From Eledone cirrhosa (taxonomy: Eukaryota): DNA of 36,413 bases. Under the pieces are notes generated by a model. That model saw nothing but the letters and a program-made list of their open reading frames with translations, ran no database searches and was not told the DNA's origin. The DNA is taken from assembly GCA_964016885.1 (NCBI GenBank), contig CAXHJY010001053.1, forward strand, positions 1-36,413, in the 5' to 3' direction. A program made the translations under genes and the position numbers. This document shows positions 10,048-22,563 of the stretch, one piece after another. Every line of letters begins with the position of its first letter. The stretch's first letter is position 1.

Positions 10048-10268
10048 CCCTTTAGCCTTTACATTACTCTATATGTATTATTGTATTTTTGTAGTAAAGG
10101 CTTTATCTTACATACTTATCTCACATATTAATGAATCTACGAGATTTTGATGTTATTTATTTTGAGAACAATACCTTAACATCAGTATGAGCAGCCAGTT
10201 ATGGCTGGTTTGAGTAGAAAGAGGTGAGAGAATTCTGGCCGGATATTTCCAGTTTAAATGCTAAAGGG
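10048..10268. mobile_element. piggyBac-type MITE
   Basis: TTAA at 10044-10047 and 10269-10272. TIRs CCCTTTAGCCTTTACA and (reverse complement) CCCTTTAGCATTTAAA, 14/16 identical. No ORF. Confidence 0.75.
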
Positions 10269-10517
10269 TTAAGTAATGACTATGACTTCATTAGACCTAA
10301 TGAATTTCAGTAAGCGGAGATGCCTATCTAATTATTACAACTTAATATATTATGACTGAATTATTTATTCTATTGAGATTGCTATGTGTTGAATATTTTT
10401 AAGTCATTCTCTACCTAACACTTTATTACATTACCAACATTTACAGAAGTACAAGAAAAGGTTTGTGTGAGATATTTTAATAGATTTATATATATAGAAG
10501 CAACATTGTTATATAAG

Positions 10518-10725
10518 CAGTGAACCAGCTGAGTCGTTAAAGTGTAGCATTTGTTTGGTCTGTCTGAGTTCTGAGTTCAAATATCACCAGGGTCAACTTT
10601 GTTTTTTATCTTTTTCCAATTGATAAAATAAAGTAACTGTCCAGGGCAGCATATTAGTCAAATTGTTAGAACAACAGACAAGATGCCTTGCAATATTTGT
10701 TTCCACATTTTATCTTTCTGGGTTC
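10518..10725 (+). mobile_element. Old SINE family 1 copy plus a second head fragment
   Basis: TTCTGAGTTCAAATATCACCAGGGTCAACTTTG...TTGATAAAATAAAGTA; second degenerate head at about 10645-10725. Confidence 0.65.
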
Positions 10726-10739
10726 CTGAGTGAGTAAAT

Positions 10740-10835
10740 ATACTTTATATACTCAAATATAGGCCAAGAAATATGTAACCAAAAACATCGATGGTAAAAT
10801 GGTGGGATCGACTTATATTTGGGGTCGATATTTTG
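10740..10835. mobile_element. Possible pogo/Tc1-type DNA transposon end
   Basis: TACTTTATATACTCAAATATAGGCC...GATCGACTTATAT..GGGTCGA resembles pogo-like TIR and subterminal motifs from memory. No partner end found. Confidence 0.3.
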
Positions 10836-11444
10836 ACGATTTTCCCCAACTTCAAATTCTACATAAAGACAGTGCTAAAGAATAAAACACTGTTTTTTAC
10901 ATTTACTATATCGTTATGATTTATATTCATGCATTGACTTAAGAACATTCCCATCAAAGTTTTATTATTTGAACTTTTTAATATATGAATATCCCCTGAA
11001 CATGTATGTATACATTCACACACACATGTACATTGTGGCGACCATTTTTCTCTGTGACTTAATTATACATTTTCTTTCAATCTTGTTTTGTTTTATTTTA
11101 TTCACCCTTTCCCTCCCTTTTTCTCACTCTTCATCTCCTCTATCTTGCTTGCTGTTTCTTTCTCTCCTACTCTGAATCCTAATGCAGTGTTCTCTTAGTT
11201 GATCTCTTTTAAATATTTCCTATTTGCTTTAATCTCCATAATGGTTAAAGAAAATCATTTTTTTTTAAATAGTACCTTACACTAATACTATCTCCCCATC
11301 TCCTTATATTATATTCATTTAAAATAATAAAGAAATAAAATGTGGAAGGAGTTTGTCGTATTTTCACATCGAGGTTTTGTCCGTACCACACAGTGATTAT
11401 CTTGCACAGGTAACAGGTTTCTATCTCAGTTCAAAACCTGGAAC

Positions 11445-11593
11445 TCATCATCATCATCATTTTACATCCATTCTTCCACGCTAGCATGGGTTAGATAGGT
11501 TGTCTTATTGTGGGTAATGCCAGGTCAGGTGACCATGTCTTGCACATACAGAACTGATTTTGGCTTGATTTCTACAGCTGGATGCCCTTCCTA
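11445..11593 (-). mobile_element. RTE-tailed SINE or RTE 3' end fragment
   Basis: Minus strand: AGGAAGGGCATCCAGCTGTAGAAA...CCCATGCTAGCGTGGAA..GGATGTAAAA(TGA)n. Confidence 0.85.
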
Positions 11594-13399
11594 TATACTG
11601 TTTTGGATATACTGTTTCTTTTAAATCAAATTTAACAGATACTATTAAAAAAACAAACAAAAGAAGTCATTAAGTAGTGGATTTGTGAGACAAAAACTAC
11701 TCTAAACAACACTTAAACCATTTTAAATATTAAAACTTCATAAATATGTTATCCACTCATGAGAATTTCAAAACTGTGCCAATATGTGTTTATAAATGGG
11801 GTTTGGATTCTTACCTATTTCTCAGACATAAAATAGCTTGGGGTGCATATATATATGTTGATATCGATGTACCCATGAATGGAAATATTTAGTTTGACAA
11901 GAATCGTGGCCTGCATACTTAGTGCATTAGGCTAGCCCCACAATATGTACCACTTTTAACCAGTAAAGTTTACCATTCTCCAAAATTAAATAATTTCAAC
12001 TTACAGTATGGCAAGCTTATAAAACCCAGTTTTTGACACTTCTTGCTCTGACAAGGCTAAGAAAAATATCATACTAGTCCTGTAATGTATACTACACAGT
12101 TCACACTCACCCATGCCAAATCATGTTACAAGTGATAATGCCATACAACTCTTTCCACTGCTTTGAATATTTTCACAGCACTGTTGATTGCAGGAAACTA
12201 TTATATATTCAAGTTAATTATACAAATATGTATAAATCTATTATCATTTAAGATTTAGAATGTGCTTCTCTGATGACTGCACCCTAAGCAGCTGCCTAGA
12301 TGCCCTTAATGGTAGCGGCTGACTAGGGTTTCCCAGCTACACAACCATCTCTCTCATAATTTTGTGAAACAAATGTTTGTAGATATTGGCAAAGAATATA
12401 TAATATTAAAACAATTGTTTCATTCCTGCTGAACATTTTGAGAAATATAATTCCTTGTTAAAGTTTCTACAAAATGCAGCATTAATGCCAATTTAAAATA
12501 TTATGATGGCATTTCCTGCATTTATGTGTGTGTATGTGTGTGCGTGCGTAAAAGCCTGCAGCATCAATTATATGTAATCTTAACTTAAGTAAATTATTCT
12601 TTGATAAAGAATAGCTATTTTGCAACCATATGTGTTTGCTTGCTTCCTATATTTCAAGTGGAATAACAATATTTGACCAGAAGTAATCAAACAGTCTATC
12701 CATCTAAAAGGTGTACAAATGTAAACAAAATAAAATAAACTCAAGTGGTTTGTTCTAAAGATTATTTCACTGCATGTTTAAAGGAAGCAAACAATTTTTG
12801 CTCATCAAATCTGATTTGATTGCCTTATAATGTCAACTACTTTGATTGCATACAAAAGGGACAAGTGTGAAGGTATTCATGAAATTACTCTATGTTTGCA
12901 AGAACAAATGTCAAGTTGACATTTATGGGTAGGGTATGGAATTAAGCGACTTGACAATATGGGCTTAAAACCCAATGATTACAAAAGGAAATAACTTAGT
13001 AGTCATATCCCAAAGCACTTTGGAATTTGTAATGCAGAATATTGCAGCCGTTTGAACAAGTGATACACTTTGCAGCTCACTGCCACAGACCAGTGGCAAA
13101 TAATCAATTTTCTCATCAACCATTAACTGAAGCCCCATTGTAGGGAAGTTGAGTATGCTGCAATCTTTTTGGTATTACTATTAACATCACATTATACACT
13201 GCCATTAGTGTCTTTGTCTCAGTTTGTTTCTGTGTAGTTCATAACTAACGTTAAATCAGTTACTAGTTTACTGTAATGGTTTTGGGGTTATTCAGTTGAT
13301 GTGTTAAGGATACTTCTTCCCATGCAATTGACTATTATCACTGTTACAAACTAATGACAAATTCCTTGTGATGATAAATTTTCCTAGACTACTAACTAA

Positions 13400-13705
13400 A
13401 GCTATTTGTAGCTGTGTAATTAATTATGTACTGAGATAATCTGATTACCAATTCAGTGTGGGTAAAGTGTTTTTGTAACTGGACAAGTAATGGTATTTTT
13501 ATCTGTTTAATCACTAGAGATACCAATGAACTAATCCTTAATTGAATGTTGAGGGGAATGTTTTATTCAGTTAGATAACTCATGGTATTTTTACCTATTA
13601 AATTCATTATAGACTCTGATAAATTAATCTCTAAACCATAGAGAAATGAAGGATTACATTCCTGAGTGATGGATGTTATTTTTATCCATGTAAATCACTA
13701 ACATT
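13400..13705. repeat. Degenerate tandem repeat, period about 91-92 bp, 3-4 units
   Basis: Anchor TGGTATTTTT-like motif at 13400, 13491, 13583 and 13674, each followed by a similar ATC..TTAA.TCA.TA segment. Confidence 0.5.
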
Positions 13706-15484
13706 TTGTCATCAAAATCAAACAAAGCCTGAAGCATAGGAGAATGTTGTATGCATAGAATTATATTTATACACACATCTCTATCTTCTGCTATGGTAAG
13801 ATATTTATATATCAATATCATATATAACTTGTGAGAAATTAAACATGTAAGACATATTGGAATATAATGTTGGGAAGAATTTCCTGAACTAACACTGTGC
13901 TATGATTATTTCTTTTCCACCAACTCCCTTATTGTACCTTCTATTGCCCATATTTCCTTTCTGTAAGTTAAACAATATCAGAATTGTGAACGCTACCAAT
14001 TCCAATACTAGTCATTAATTACTAAAGAGAGAGGTTATTAGATTTGTCAGAGATAAGTTAATATTAGCCTCAAAGCCAAAATTATCACCATTCACGGTTT
14101 TCAGAAGAAAGCGTAAATTTAATAAGTGTTTAGAGAAAAAGTTTGTCTTTATTCAGAAAATAAAACTCTCAAGAAGAATATGAAGAGTAGTTCAAAGACT
14201 GAAACAAAATTTTCTGTAGCACATAGTCCTTTGTAGGATATTAGCAGTCATAATAAATATAACAAACACTAGAAAGATTTCAATATGACCAACTGAAATA
14301 AATCAGTTATATCAATTTTCAGAGACTTGAAATGCAAGATTTCAATTACTTTTTCTAGCTGTGGAAACTACGAATATAAACAAAATTGTAGAATTGGAGT
14401 TACATATGTATGCGCAATTGTAGGAGTAGGAGGCTAGCTGTTCAGTGAAATTTATAAATAATTTTAATCAAAAACTGAGTTACACTGACACTAAATCCAA
14501 AGGCATTATCTATACATAAAATTTCTTCAGCTGCAAAATAAATTAAGATCTATTCTAGTGAAAGTAATTCTATTTATATATTCATCCCTAGATACTTTCA
14601 ATTACTCTGTGATATTGATGTTTCCTGTTTTAAGCCTTAAAAAGTTATTAACATATTTAAAATGAAAGCCATCAATTTATAATCTAATATTCTAATAATT
14701 TCTGATGGAAATAATTTCTCTTGTTAACCCTTTTAAATGTTTTAATCTCCAAATGTATAACAAGCATATCTTTACACCATACAAAGTTTCAAAGCTTTGT
14801 TAGCTTGATGGGTCTTTAACACAACATATCTCAATTTGTTTTGATGCTGAATCGTTTTGGTCATAAGTTATTTTTAGATATGAACAAACTCAATATTTTC
14901 TCTTAAGTTAAATTATATGCATTATCCATTTGCATTACAAGTTCATCTAATTTTATCTAGCTTTTCTGACAGAGTAAGCTACACATAGCAGATTAAACTA
15001 ATCTTCAGAGCTGTATGTTAACTTTTTTAAGTTTGAGTTACTTACTACTGTAAAATATCATGTTTTAAAGGTGAAGATCTTATTGATTATTATTAAATTA
15101 TCAACTAAGTTAGAAACAACATATATAAATTTTCATTTTGGGTTATACATATTTATTTAAACTATTTTCTAACACAATCTGCTAAATTCTGAGCTACTTT
15201 TTATGAAATTAATCAAGCAAATACATGATCATGCATTAGCAATACATTTCTGACACTAATGCTTTGTCACAGATTACACACCAAAAATATCATTTTAATA
15301 TTATTTCCTTCCAACCATTGTCTCTTCAGAATATCCTAAATTTAATTTAAGCTACATGCTATTTCTGCTGAACCAACAGACATATTTCAAATGGCACTAC
15401 ACTGTTTTCACTCATTATTTGAACTATTCCCATAATATTGAAATTCTGTTCCTCCTTTCAATACATCTCTTATCTGACTCAATG

Positions 15485-15650
15485 AGGGAGCCGTTTACAT
15501 GGTTGCTCAACTTGCTCAAAATAGTAGTTATATCTTTCTCACATCATATCCTACTATTTGAAAGAGGGCTATGTTGGTTTATGTGGTCATGGGTTCCCAG
15601 TGTATTGGAAAAATGATGGGATTGTCTTGATTGGGATGTCTTTGATTGTA
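15485..15650 (+). mobile_element. Family 3 interspersed repeat
   Basis: AGGGAGCC..TACATGGTTGCTCAACTTGCTCAAAATAG...TCACATCATATCCTAC...GATGGGATTGTC..GATGTCTTTGAT, the reverse-complement equivalent of 27848-28028 and 35813-36026. Confidence 0.65.
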
Positions 15651-15744
15651 GAACTGCTCCATCACAGTTCAGCTCCTGCTGCACAAAAATCATTACTCAT
15701 AACAAATATAGACATTTTATTTATAGTCCTCAGCAGCTCTGACT

Positions 15745-16152
15745 CTTCTCTCCTTCTTTACCCTCTTATTCCTGGGAGGATCATGAAGTAAAAGTTCTCC
15801 AGCATGCCTTCTAGCAAGGTCTGTCAGAAGCATCTCTCTCCAATTGATCTTGCTGGATTTCCAGGCAAGACCAGCCAAGATCATGGATGTTATCCAACCA
15901 TATTGCTCAGAGTGTACCCCTAAGTCTGGTTGGTTTTGCCAATAAAATCTGTCCAGCCATTCTTTCCTGAGGCATTCTAACTACATGTCTGTAATGTCAG
16001 AGCTTGATCTCTCAATTCGGAGTAGTGGCTCTACCTGGAGTGACTCCCTGATATCTAAGCTATGCCCTCTATTGAGTAACATTTCTCCAAAAATCCTACA
16101 GAGGAACCCAACTGTGGCCATTTGTATTTGCGATTGTACTCTTTCAGTCATG
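15745..16152 (-). mobile_element. Old RTE (Expander/Rex3-like) 3' segment
   Basis: MTERVQSQIQ..VGFLCRI..DIRESLQVEPLLRIERS...RMPQER...WLDNIHDLGWS matches the Expander-type C-terminus. A second copy lies at 36225-36413. Confidence 0.85.
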
Positions 16153-16169
16153 TGCAAAAATGTCACAAC

Positions 16170-17147
16170 AGAAACATTAATGGCATCTAAAGTTAAGATA
16201 TAGAAGGCTGAGGTCACCAGAGCAATTAAAGAGCTCAAATAGAGCAAGTCCTCTAAAAAGGATAAAATTCAGCCCGAGATGAATTAAGGAATATTTTTCT
16301 GGCTGATCTCATGTATGCCAGGTGGCCTGGATATCTGGAAAGGTCCCTAAGCAGCAGCAATCAGGAGTGATAATCCCAATTTTCAAAAAGCGAGACAAGA
16401 GAGATTGCTCTGATATAGAAGAATCTCCTTGTTAAGTCTCCATGCTAAGTGTCTAGCAAAAAGTTGTAAAGATATTGTTGAGTCCAAGCTAGCTGACAAA
16501 CAGTGTGGTTTTTGAGAGATAGTGAGAGTATTGCCAAGAGGTGTATACTTGGTTTGTAGACCATTAAAAGGTATTTGACTGTTGGGGAAAGTTCTGCAGA
16601 AGTATAAGATCTATGGACAGCTTCTTGTTGCCTTGAAGTCTCTATATGAATACCCTAGTATTTGTGTTCAGATAAATAGTGCTAAGTCGAACACATTCAA
16701 TGTGAGTGTCAGACTCCATCAAGGGTGGGTACTGTCACCTCTTCTATTCATAATCTTCATGCACAGCCAGGTTAAAAGTGGTTTCAGGTCTGGCTGGTGT
16801 AGGTTCAGTCTGCTTGAATTTGCAAACGACATGGTACTACTTAACTTATCAGAAGTTGATCTCTAACATGCACTTTATAGATTTGCCTTTAAGTGCTGCA
16901 CAGCGGGAATGAAAATCACTGCTGTGAAGATTGAGACACTCATCCTCTCAAATATGCCTGTGCAGGGCACTCTACATGTGAGTGAAGTTCCATTGAAGAA
17001 AGTCAAGTATTTTGGGCTTGTTATCATGAGGGATGGAAGACAGGAGGCTGAATTAAGTGAGCTGGTGTAGTAATGTACTAGCTTAAGCATTCAATGATTA
17101 AAAAAATAAGGTAGGTGTAAAAGCCAAACTCACTATCTTCAATACAT
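16170..17147 (+). mobile_element. Old RTE (Expander/Rex3-like) RT segment, inverted relative to its 3' segment
   Basis: AEVTRAIKEL..DKIQPEM, VAWISGKVP, IIPIFKKRDKRDCS, RLHQGWVLSPLLFIIFM, SLLEFANDMVLL, KYFGL, KAKLTIFN. Many stops. Confidence 0.85.
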
Positions 17148-17151
17148 TACT

Positions 17152-17540
17152 TTTTATGTCTTTTTTTTCTTATTTTGTCTTATTTACAGATTGATTCATT
17201 ATGAATTAAAAGGCCTATATTGTGTCACTCGCAGCCTAATTAAAATGAAATAATATATATATTTTTCGTTTATGGTACAATTGTTTCATAAAGCCTACAG
17301 TCTGACAAATGTGTCTGAACACGGAAGAACTGAACTCCCACTGTCATCGCCTCCATCTCTCTCGCCCTCCCCATCTCTCTGTATTATGAGCAAATGGGGT
17401 CCCATGTGCTGGCCACCCTACAACCCCGGCTCACAGAATGGAGAAGGCGTTTCTCCAGATGTTGGTAAAGGAGATGTGCTGGAAGAGCCCTTCGATCTCG
17501 TGATGCTCACACCTGCAGCTGGCCAGCTCAGTGCCTATAG
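17152..17540 (-). mobile_element. Possible CRE-clade LINE 3' end (restriction-like endonuclease C-terminus + 3' UTR + A-rich tail)
   Basis: 17535-17431 translates GTELASCRCEHHEIEGLFQHISFTNIWRNAFSIL*, resembling the CRE terminal motif LFQR(I/L)S....RGNA..IL. GC-rich UTR follows, with an A-rich end at about 17152-17190. Confidence 0.5.
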
Positions 17541-18318
17541 TGTAGATTTAAAAATGCAATTTTAATTAAGATGACTGATATAAGTTCTAAAAATACTATA
17601 ACTCAATAGAATAAATGATGCAACATAGAAAAGAAATACTATCAGAATACAATTCATGTGTTCCTGCTTTGTGAAGTTGTAACAGTTTGTCTGTTGTAAA
17701 AATAAAATACATTTTACACATTTTCTTTGAACTAATTTTAAATAATGAACAAAATATGTTTCAAAATTTTTGTCTTAAAATGAATTTTATTTGTAATCAG
17801 ATCATTCAATTTCAATAAATAAAGAAAATCTGTTTATACATACTTCTAACGGAAATTCTAGATTCTCAAATAAGATACAAAATTTACTTCCAGCTTAATA
17901 GAAATTTTATGATGAAACTAACTTTTGATTATAACATTTTTTTCAACTCCAAAGTTTTGCCAATTTATCCTGTTAATTGTATCTTATAAAGATGAAAGAA
18001 ATGAAAATATCAACATTAGTTGAAAAGATTTATTACAAAGCTGAAAGTATATTTCTTGCTTTTCAAACTTTTCCTTAACTCCACTCCAATTAAATATACA
18101 AGTTATATCCTATTAATTGTATTGTAATGATTTCCAGCATTTACATAAAACACTTCTAGCATTCAAACAAAATTGAAAGAAAGTACAATCAATTAAATTG
18201 ACACCACCACCTCCTCTCTCCAAAATTTGATTGGAATATTCTTTTGAAAACAATGAAGAATGAAAGGTAAATTTGAGTATGGTCTGATTTAAACTGAGAG
18301 CATCAAAAGAATTAAATA

Positions 18319-18612
18319 ATCATTATCATCAACACCATGTAACATCTATTTTTCCATGCTTGCATGGGTTAGATGGATCACTCACGTCATAAGACACGTC
18401 TGGCCAGCTGGTCGCACCATACTTTGCTCAGATGGAACACCCACCACATAAGTAAATCATTTCATTTTCATCATTTCATTTTACGTCCACTTTTCCATGC
18501 TTGCAAGGGTGGGACGGGAACTGATTCTGGCTTGATTTCTACAGCTGGATGCCCTTCCTAACACCAACCTCATTTACAGTGAGTGCTGGGTGCTTTTTTG
18601 CCATGGCACCTC
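18319..18612 (-). mobile_element. Two tandem RTE-tailed SINE or RTE 3' end fragments
   Basis: TTTTCCATGCTTGCA(T/A)GGG occurs at about 18350 and 18491. The second copy includes TTTCTACAGCTGGATGCCCTTCCTAACACCAACC. Confidence 0.8.
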
Positions 18613-18643
18613 CACGACCACTTTGCATTGGAATGATAGGGAC

Positions 18644-18795
18644 CCAGTCCCTATCATCTCATTTTTACAGCTGAGTAAACTGGAGCAATGTGAAATAAAG
18701 TGCCTTGCCCAAGGAAACAACACATCACCCGGTCTGAGAATTGAACTCAGAACCTTTCGATTGCAAGGCCAATGCCACTAAGCCACGTGCCTCCA
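18644..18795 (-). mobile_element. tRNA-derived CORE-like SINE (head + core)
   Basis: Minus strand: A box TGGCTTAGTGG, B box GAGTTCAATTCTC, then CCTTGGGCAAGGCACTT...CAGTTTACTCAGCTGTAAAAATG, similar to the MIR/CORE domain. Confidence 0.8.
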
Positions 18796-20089
18796 TAAAT
18801 AAATAACATAAATCTTTATTGCATTATTGTGTTTTTGCAATTCACATCTTTTTATTTTATATAATATGTATAAATATAATTATTTACAAAACATATAAAT
18901 AATTATATATCATAACCTGTTTTTCTTTATTTTTTGTGAAACTATGACAAAAAATTTAATTTAAAATAGATGCAACAAAAAAGGTATGTGATAAACAAGT
19001 TTTAAAATATACAAACTATTTACACTAAAACAATATTTTTTCAGAGAAATTTTGATAATTTATTATATTTTTTACTGTTGTTTTTCATTTCTGCAATATA
19101 ACTTCAATTGTTATGTTTATGTATTTATTTTGCAAGATTTATTTTTGATATGAAATCATGTGTTGAAACAGATATTGTTAAATTTGGGATGGTCATTTTT
19201 GCCAATTTTGACAATAAAAACACAACAAAATATGACCAAAAAGAAGAGGAGACTCAGAGAAGAAGAAGACATAGTAATTGAGAAGGTCACAGAATATGTG
19301 ACGAAAGTGCTTTGACAAAATAACCAGTAACTAATAATGATAAAGTGAAAGTTGAATAGTGCATGTGATTTTTATTTGCAAAATTGTCAAAATTACCATC
19401 ATTAAATATGACAACTTTTATTGTGTTTTTTTTGTATGTTTTCATATATATTTTATATCTCAAAATATATTTGTATAAAAACACCATGTAATGTAAATAA
19501 TTTATTGAAGCAGAGTATGTCAATTATTCATATTATATTGCATGTTGTTGTCTTATGTTCACTTCAGCCTCTGTATTCTATAGACATATTTTTCAGTCAA
19601 TTGGTGTCAAGAATAGAAATTTAAAGGATTTGCTATGATATAGAAATCGCATTAAGCCAAATATACAACAATGTAAAAATAAACAAACAGATAAAAATTC
19701 TATAAAACCAAAAACAATGCAACAAACGTAAGCAGCCAACCAAGAATGTATGCATGAGTAAATAAATAACCACACAGAAAAAGAAAACAGGAAAATATTG
19801 GAAAATAATAATAAAAGATTTTAAAGTGAAGTGTTTTGATCTGGATAAAGAAGTCAGCATTGGTGCTGTGCAAAGCAGAGGCAGATTATTTCTTATAATC
19901 TTACAGCTCAAAGGAATAATATTTTCTAGAAGATAAAAACTAGAGAAACGCAATAACTTTACTATATAACATGGTCAGCCACATAGTAAGTCTTGAGAGC
20001 CACCGTGATGCTTGTTTCTAAAGCTTTATCGATGATCATATTTTCTTCTCTAAAGTTCTTGGGAGATGTAAGATGATGATCATTATTAG

Positions 20090-20116
20090 TGTGTACATAT
20101 GTATACAAACACATAA

Positions 20117-20172
<56 letters not shown>

Positions 20173-20450
20173 ACATTTATATGTACATATATACATATAT
20201 ATTTAATATATGTATAAATATACTTATCTATATATACACATATATACATATATATACATATATACTTATCTATTTATACACATATATACATATATATATA
20301 TCCATATATATAAATATACATATTTATATATAAATATACATATTTATATATATGATGATGATGATGATATGTATATATATACACATATATATATATCTCC
20401 ATACATACATAAACACATACACACATATATATATGTATGTGTCTGTGTAC
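20090..20450. repeat. (TA)n/(TACA)n microsatellite with an orphan (GAT)n run
   Basis: Directly visible; (GAT)n at about 20352-20368. Confidence 0.95.
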
Positions 20451-20935
20451 CTTAAGGTAGCTTTGATGTGTTCAAATAAAGATTTAGTAGATTAGAGACT
20501 GATATTTAAAAACAAAGAGATTAAAAAAATACATGCAAAAGAGAGATATAAATAAGAAAACAAACAAAAAATGAGAATAAGTGAGAGAAAGACGAAGAGG
20601 GAGTATAGGAGAGAGGGGAGTATGGGAGAGATAGACAGGTATAAGGAAGAGAAAAAGAAAATAGGGCGTAGGAAAAAGAATGGTATGTGAAATGGAGAAG
20701 AAACAAATGAAAACCATGGATACACAGTGAAAAACAGTAAAAATATGAAAGTAATATTGTTCTAGAGAGAGAGAGAGCATAAGAGTGAGAGTGAAATAGA
20801 GAAAGAGAAAGTCAAAGAGAGTGAGTAAGAGCAAAAGAGAGGGAGTGAAAGAGAGAGTAAGAGCAAAACAGGGAGAGTGAGAGGGAAATATATAGGGACA
20901 GTGAAAGATTGAGAGTGAAATAGAGAGGGAGGCAG

Positions 20936-21580
20936 ACAGAGAGAGTGTGTGTGAGAGAGTGTGTGAGAGAGTGTGTGAGAGTGTGTGAGAGAGTGTGTGT
21001 GAGAGAGTGTGTGTGAGAGAGTGTGTGTGAGAGAGAGTGTGTGAGAGAGTGTGTGTGAGAGAGTGTGTGAGAGTGTGTGAGAGAGAGTGTGTGAGAGAGT
21101 GTGTGTGAGAGAGTGTGTGTGAGAGAGTGTGTGTGAGAGAGTGTGTGAGAGTGTGTGAGAGAGAGTGTGTGAGAGAGTGTGTGTGAGAGAGTGTGTGTGA
21201 GAGAGTGTGTGTGAGAGAGTGTGTGTGAGAGAGTGTGTGAGAGAGAGTGTGTGAGAGAGAGTGTGTGTGAGAGAGTGTGTGTGAGAGAGTGTGTGAGAGT
21301 GTGTGAGAGAGAGTGTGTGAGAGAGTGTGTGTGAGAGAGTGTGTGAGAGTGTGTGAGAGAGAGTGTGTGAGAGAGTGTGTGTGAGAGAGTGTGTGTGAGA
21401 GAGTGTGTGAGAGTGTGTGAGAGAGAGTGTGTGTGAGAGAGAGTGTAAGTGTGTGAGAGAGAGTGAGAGAGAGTGTGAGAGAGAGTGTGTGAGAGTGAAA
21501 CAGAGAGAGTGATTGTGAAACCGAGAGAGTATAAGTGAGAGAGAATGTGAGAGAGAGAGAGAGGGAGAGAGAGGAGAGAG
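20936..21580. repeat. Compound (GA)n(GT)n satellite array
   Basis: About 640 bp of alternating GAGA/GTGT blocks (10-16-bp units) inside a wider purine-rich tract from about 20560. Source of spurious HTLS-repeat ORFs. Confidence 0.97.
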
Positions 21581-22107
21581 AGAGGTAAGAGACAAGTGAG
21601 AAATTGGAAGATGCAGAAAGGAAATAAACAATGTAAAAAGAGGAGAGAAGACATAGAAAGGGGAGGTAAGAAGGTGGCAGGTTTGTGTGGGGGATCTGAA
21701 CATGAAGGATTAGATGGGTCCTGACTTCTTTCAGTCAAGCATAACATGATTAAACCATGCAATGTGATATAATAGAAAGTGTGCCTAGAGAGAGCTGGTA
21801 GCAGGGAGGTGTGAAGGGAAAAGGATTATATAAAAAAAGGGGTGGGTGGCATGCAATGTCTGAGGTGGTGGATGTGAGGGGAACTTAGAAAGAAAAATCT
21901 GAATGGATTCAGTCATGTGATTATCTCTGTCTGCTTACAGACATACAAACATACTACAACACATACACATACATTGTGTACACATACATACATACATATA
22001 TTCATATACATGCAGATAATATATTCATTTATGCACTTACTACTACAAAAAAAAACATCATTTAATAGAGTAATATATATATTTATATACATATATATGT
22101 ACATATT

Positions 22108-22152
<45 letters not shown>

Positions 22153-22227
22153 GTATATTATGAAATACTGTTGGCTTCATGCTCACAATAATTTCTATAC
22201 TTTTCATTTATATATATATATATATAT

Positions 22228-22522
22228 ATGTTGGTGCCACACCATCCAGGCCGAAACAAATGAGATCGTGTAGGTGTCACGACAAAAAAAACACACAGTC
22301 CACGCTGTAATGTGGCCGTGTAGGCAACACGGTAAAAACCTCCCAGACCCACACTGTAAATGTGGTTGGTGTTAGGAAGGGCATCCAACTGTAGAAAACC
22401 TGCCAGACAGTCCTATGCGAGCAAGGCAATCACTCTTGCCTCAAGTGGGAAAACCCCCATCCAAACCCACGCAAGCGTGGAACACGGACGTTAAACGTTG
22501 ATGATGATGATGATGATGATGA

Positions 22523-22526
<4 letters not shown>
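22228..22526 (+). mobile_element. RTE subfamily B, 3' UTR-only insertion with (GAT)n tail
   Basis: Collinear with 29893-30130 and the reverse complement of 2500-2890. (TA)n on both sides. Confidence 0.9.

Positions 22527-22558
<32 letters not shown>

Positions 22559-22563
<5 letters not shown>

Noticed and set aside
11810-11912. Candidate minus-strand exon with AG/GT boundaries; similar candidates at 1212-1273, 14157-14234 and 19907-19985
   Set aside because: Stops in most frames, no recognisable peptide and no consistent exon chain.
11905-12326. Possible hAT-like MITE ends (GCACCCTAAGCAGCTGCCTAG...)
   Set aside because: Could not establish matching TIRs or an 8-bp target duplication.
17272-17565. 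97-aa plus-strand ORF as a host gene
   Set aside because: No recognisable domain; the opposite strand is better explained as a LINE terminus.
18700-18795. tRNA gene (also SINE heads at 7880-7959 and 25016-25105)
   Set aside because: A and B boxes are present but there is no full cloverleaf, and each head is fused to a repeated SINE body.
20762-21762. 313- and 316-aa ORFs rich in HTLS repeats
   Set aside because: Translations of the (GA)(GT) satellite, which lacks stop codons on that strand.
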